DNA of 11,033 nucleotides. Source: Candidatus Thorarchaeota archaeon. GTDB lineage: Archaea > Asgardarchaeota > Thorarchaeia > Thorarchaeales > Thorarchaeaceae. The notes beneath the pieces are model-generated. The model saw nothing but the letters and a program-made list of their open reading frames with translations. It searched no databases and had not been told where the DNA came from. Where the stretch lies: contig JBHLRQ010000099.1 in assembly GCA_048882385.1 (NCBI GenBank), positions 1 to 11,033 on the forward strand. The letters are read 5' to 3'. A program made the translations under genes and the position numbers. Positions 8,575 to 11,033 of the stretch are shown piece by piece; within the stretch, counting starts at the first letter, position 1, and each line of letters begins with the position of its first letter.

Positions 8575-8604
8575 AGCGGGCTGAATTTTCGCTTTCAGCC
8601 TGTT
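8575..8604. terminator. Hairpin between convergent genes, possible terminator
   Basis: AGCGGGCTGAA (8575-8585), an 8-nt loop, then TTCAGCCTGTT (8594-8604) give 11 pairs including 2 G-U on the + transcript. T-rich sequence follows. Confidence 0.6.
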
Positions 8605-8663
8605 TCAACATTTTATGCTGTTTCTTACCATTTGGTCAGCTAATGATGCTGTTTTAGATGAGG

Positions 8664-10391
8664 CTAATTCTGACTTCTGAGAGTTATGAAATCAGCAAGT
8701 AAAGTCTTCACGTATTCTCTTTCAGAATTCTTGAGTTCAGATTCAACAAGGTCTAGTACATTTTGAGTTGTGACCTTTTCTTTCAAGTAGGATATTCGCA
8801 GATCATTAATCCCTGCATCAAGAACGATAGTTCTGTCAAGTCCCTCAGTGTTGTCCCAGACAGGCCAAACAGGCAGGTTTTCATCATTCGGGTTCCCTGT
8901 TCTTGCGAAACTTGCCAGATACTTCATGCAAAGGTCGGTCAGTTTCTCACGACCAGGTTTGTTATCATTTGTATGTGTCTTCCCCATTAATAATGCCAAA
9001 TCAGCCTCACCCATTCCCAAGAAGAAGGGTATCTCTGATGCATGATGTGCTCCAAAATCACGACCCTTGTTTCCAGGAAGAACACTAACTCCATTTTCGT
9101 CTATACTTCCCCAGTCGAATCTATAGACGTAAACAGGTACATCACTACGAGAAGTCATCTTAGTCACAACTTCATACACACCATTTGCATGCCATAGCAT
9201 TGAATTATATTTCCAGACCAAATCATATTCTCGTGTTCTCAATGGTGGATCCTTTCTGAACCACCCAAAGAGCTTCATTTCATCCTTCGTGCATCCAATA
9301 ATTACCGGAACTTTGTTCGCCCACTCTCCAGATGAAAAGATGTCATAGCCTTCCTTTGGAATCACGAAACCATCAGTAAAGATGGTACGCCAATCGGCCA
9401 TCCCAAATTCTCTTGTCGGGATGTTCTTCATGATTGAGAACGCAGACTTTGACCTAAGGTACGAGTTGATATCATCATCACGCATATGTGCAAGAACTTG
9501 CCAGGCTTCTTCTTCGCTCCTAGCTTTCCCATCTTTCACCAATAGAGCTACAAGTAGCTCGCTGCTCTGAGCTGCTGCGACATCAGGACTCCATGCTAGA
9601 GAAAGACCGCTCTCAATAACCGCACGGTGAAAGAGACCCTTGGCTAGTGGAGAAATGAGGAGAGATAGAACATTGAAAGCACCTCCAGATTCACCAGCTG
9701 CAGTGACATTGTTTGGATCTCCTCCAAAGGCTCTGATGTTGTCTCTTACCCACTCCAATGCCTTCACTAGATCAAGAGTCCCATAATTGCCGCTCTGGTC
9801 CTCTGGGGAACCATTATTAGTCACTGCAGGGTGAAGAAACCATCCCATTGCACCGAGACGGAAGTTGACAGAAACATAAACCATGTTTGATTTCTCAGCC
9901 ACAGCATTACCATAGTAGGATTTTGTATCAGAGGATCCGATAGAATTCCCCCCGCCATGAATATAGAGGTAAACTGGTAAATCGGTTTCTGGGCTTTTAG
10001 GCCGCCAGACATTGAGGTAAAGACAGTCTTCTGAACCCAACGAACCCAGGATAAGCATTACATGTGCTGCAGAGTTTCCAAATTTCCTTGTTTTACGTAT
10101 TCCAAGCCAAGGGACAGGATCGAGTGGTGCTTTCCACCTTAGTTCCCCCACTGGAGGTGTTGCGTATGGAATTCCTTTCCAGCACCATACGCTTTCCTCT
10201 GAGCAACCAGACACCGTACCATATATCGTTTGGACAACTGCATCATCATTCCAGTCACCCAGCTCGTACATATGGTCAGATGGTTTGGGTGCGAAACGAC
10301 GTTTGATGGGTTCAGAAACAGCTCGTTTCACTGAATTACTCATTCTTATTATTGGGGAAAATAGAAGCCCTAATTTCATCATTCGTGACAT
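8664..10391 (-). CDS. Type-B carboxylesterase (para-nitrobenzyl esterase-like)
   Basis: 'WKGIPYATPPVGELRWKAP', 'SEDCLYLNVW', 'YIHGGG', 'FGGDPNNVT', catalytic 'GESGG' (9681-9695), Glu in 'GCTKDE' and His in 'GAHHASEIPF'. The likely start is ATG at 10391 with GGTG just upstream. The track start at 10400 is the GTG within that SD-like motif. Confidence 0.95.
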   Translation of the reverse strand: MSRMMKLGLLFSPIIRMSNSVKRAVSEPIKRRFAPKPSDHMYELGDWNDDAVVQTIYGTVSGCSEESVWCWKGIPYATPPVGELRWKAPLDPVPWLGIRKTRKFGNSAAHVMLILGSLGSEDCLYLNVWRPKSPETDLPVYLYIHGGGNSIGSSDTKSYYGNAVAEKSNMVYVSVNFRLGAMGWFLHPAVTNNGSPEDQSGNYGTLDLVKALEWVRDNIRAFGGDPNNVTAAGESGGAFNVLSLLISPLAKGLFHRAVIESGLSLAWSPDVAAAQSSELLVALLVKDGKARSEEEAWQVLAHMRDDDINSYLRSKSAFSIMKNIPTREFGMADWRTIFTDGFVIPKEGYDIFSSGEWANKVPVIIGCTKDEMKLFGWFRKDPPLRTREYDLVWKYNSMLWHANGVYEVVTKMTSRSDVPVYVYRFDWGSIDENGVSVLPGNKGRDFGAHHASEIPFFLGMGEADLALLMGKTHTNDNKPGREKLTDLCMKYLASFARTGNPNDENLPVWPVWDNTEGLDRTIVLDAGINDLRISYLKEKVTTQNVLDLVESELKNSEREYVKTLLADFITLRSQN

Positions 10392-10459
10392 TTTTCGCAC
10401 CAGAAGCTAGAACATCATTGCCTTCAGGTGCAAAGACACCATGATAATTGTTTTCCTCA

Positions 10460-10486
10460 AATAGCAACATTTTATGAAGTGCTATT
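10460..10486. promoter_or_regulatory. Inverted repeat enclosing a TATA-like element in the divergent intergenic region (candidate operator/promoter)
   Basis: AATAGCA (10460-10466)-N13-TGCTATT (10480-10486), with TTTTATGAA at 10470-10478. It lies between divergently transcribed genes. Confidence 0.45.
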
Positions 10487-10516
10487 AATTCAGTGATATC
10501 TTAGGTGATGATTCCA

Positions 10517-11033
10517 ATGAAAGCGGCTGTTGTTACGAAATTTGGACCTCCTGAAGGAGTCCAGATTCAAGAGATCGAAGTACCTGAACCGCAGTCCACT
10601 GAAATTCTGATTAAGAACAATGCAACTACTGTCACTTATGGTGATGCAGCGCTTCGTAGGATGAAATTCCCAGTAAGAGCAGTCTTTGGTCTTTTCATGG
10701 GTGGGCTAGGAAAAGGCAAGGTTCTTGGTCATGAGTTTGCAGGAACGATTGAATCTGTTGGCAACGATGTGACTCGGTTCAAGCCAGGGGACCAGGTCTT
10801 TGGATCTACAGGAATGAAGGGCGGGGCTCATGCTGAATACATATGCTTGCCTGGAGATTCCATGGTGGCAATCAAGCCTAGTGCAATGACATTCGAACAA
10901 GCAGCAGCTGTTCCGATAGGAGGCAACACAGCTTTACACATTCTCAAGGGAGCGAGCATACAAAAAGATGACAAAGTCTTGGTCTATGGAGCATCAGGTT
11001 CTGTGGGGAGTTATGCAGTTCAACTGGCAAAAT
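10517..11033 (+). CDS. MDR-superfamily NAD(P)-dependent oxidoreductase, paralog 3, 3'-truncated (absent from the ORF track)
   Basis: Manual translation gives MKAAVVTKFGPPEGVQIQE...VLGHEFAGTIESVG...GAHAEY...MTFEQAAAVPIGGNTAL...VLVYGASGSVGSYAVQLAK, open to the window end. SD AGGTGA at 10503-10508. Confidence 0.93.
   Translation, partial: MKAAVVTKFGPPEGVQIQEIEVPEPQSTEILIKNNATTVTYGDAALRRMKFPVRAVFGLFMGGLGKGKVLGHEFAGTIESVGNDVTRFKPGDQVFGSTGMKGGAHAEYICLPGDSMVAIKPSAMTFEQAAAVPIGGNTALHILKGASIQKDDKVLVYGASGSVGSYAVQLAK

Noticed and set aside
1021-8663. Integron-like gene cassette array (co-oriented accessory genes, intergenic hairpins, TAAC after the stops at 1769 and 3080)
   Set aside because: There are no paired RYYYAAC...GTTRRRY attC boxes, the hairpins share no common sequence, several gaps are only 5-20 nt, and no integrase is present.
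10290-10310. KRRF in the esterase N-terminus as a twin-arginine (Tat) signal
   Set aside because: No hydrophobic h-region follows, and the downstream sequence is polar and acidic.
1017-10900. Short antisense or alternate-frame ORFs in the track (e.g. 1017-1265, 2494-2817, 4857-5312, 6464-6712, 8763-9088, 10706-10900)
   Set aside because: They lie wholly or mostly over well-supported genes and have no recognisable motifs, so they are shadow ORFs.
1-11033. CRISPR array, tRNA/rRNA, IS element or tandem repeats
   Set aside because: I saw no regularly spaced direct repeats, transposase motifs or RNA-gene signatures, and the intergenic gaps are all about 125 nt or less.

Overview
This is a densely coding prokaryotic accessory or catabolic region with 11 genes. 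Nine are co-oriented on the + strand (1-8563), one type-B carboxylesterase is on the - strand, and a final + gene missing from the ORF track runs off the right edge. In order: a 5'-truncated membrane acyltransferase-3, a DUF4386-like membrane protein, zinc-free MDR oxidoreductase #1, an ABM-like protein, an orphan membrane protein, a DUF6326-like membrane protein, MDR #2, a membrane-anchored alpha/beta hydrolase, a 790-aa serine hydrolase + PKD-like protein with an unexplained ~127-aa C-terminal domain, the carboxylesterase, and MDR #3 (partial). GGTG/GAGGTG-type ribosome-binding sites and TATA-like boxes suggest an archaeal host, which is inference only. The most notable points are the repeated 'small DUF membrane protein + MDR' module embedded among three serine hydrolases and an acyltransferase, the possible SRPBCC/START-like domain fused to the hydrolase-PKD protein, and inverted repeats in most of the larger intergenic spacers. 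I found no RNA genes, CRISPR arrays, transposases or integrases. All family assignments come from motif recognition, not database searches.
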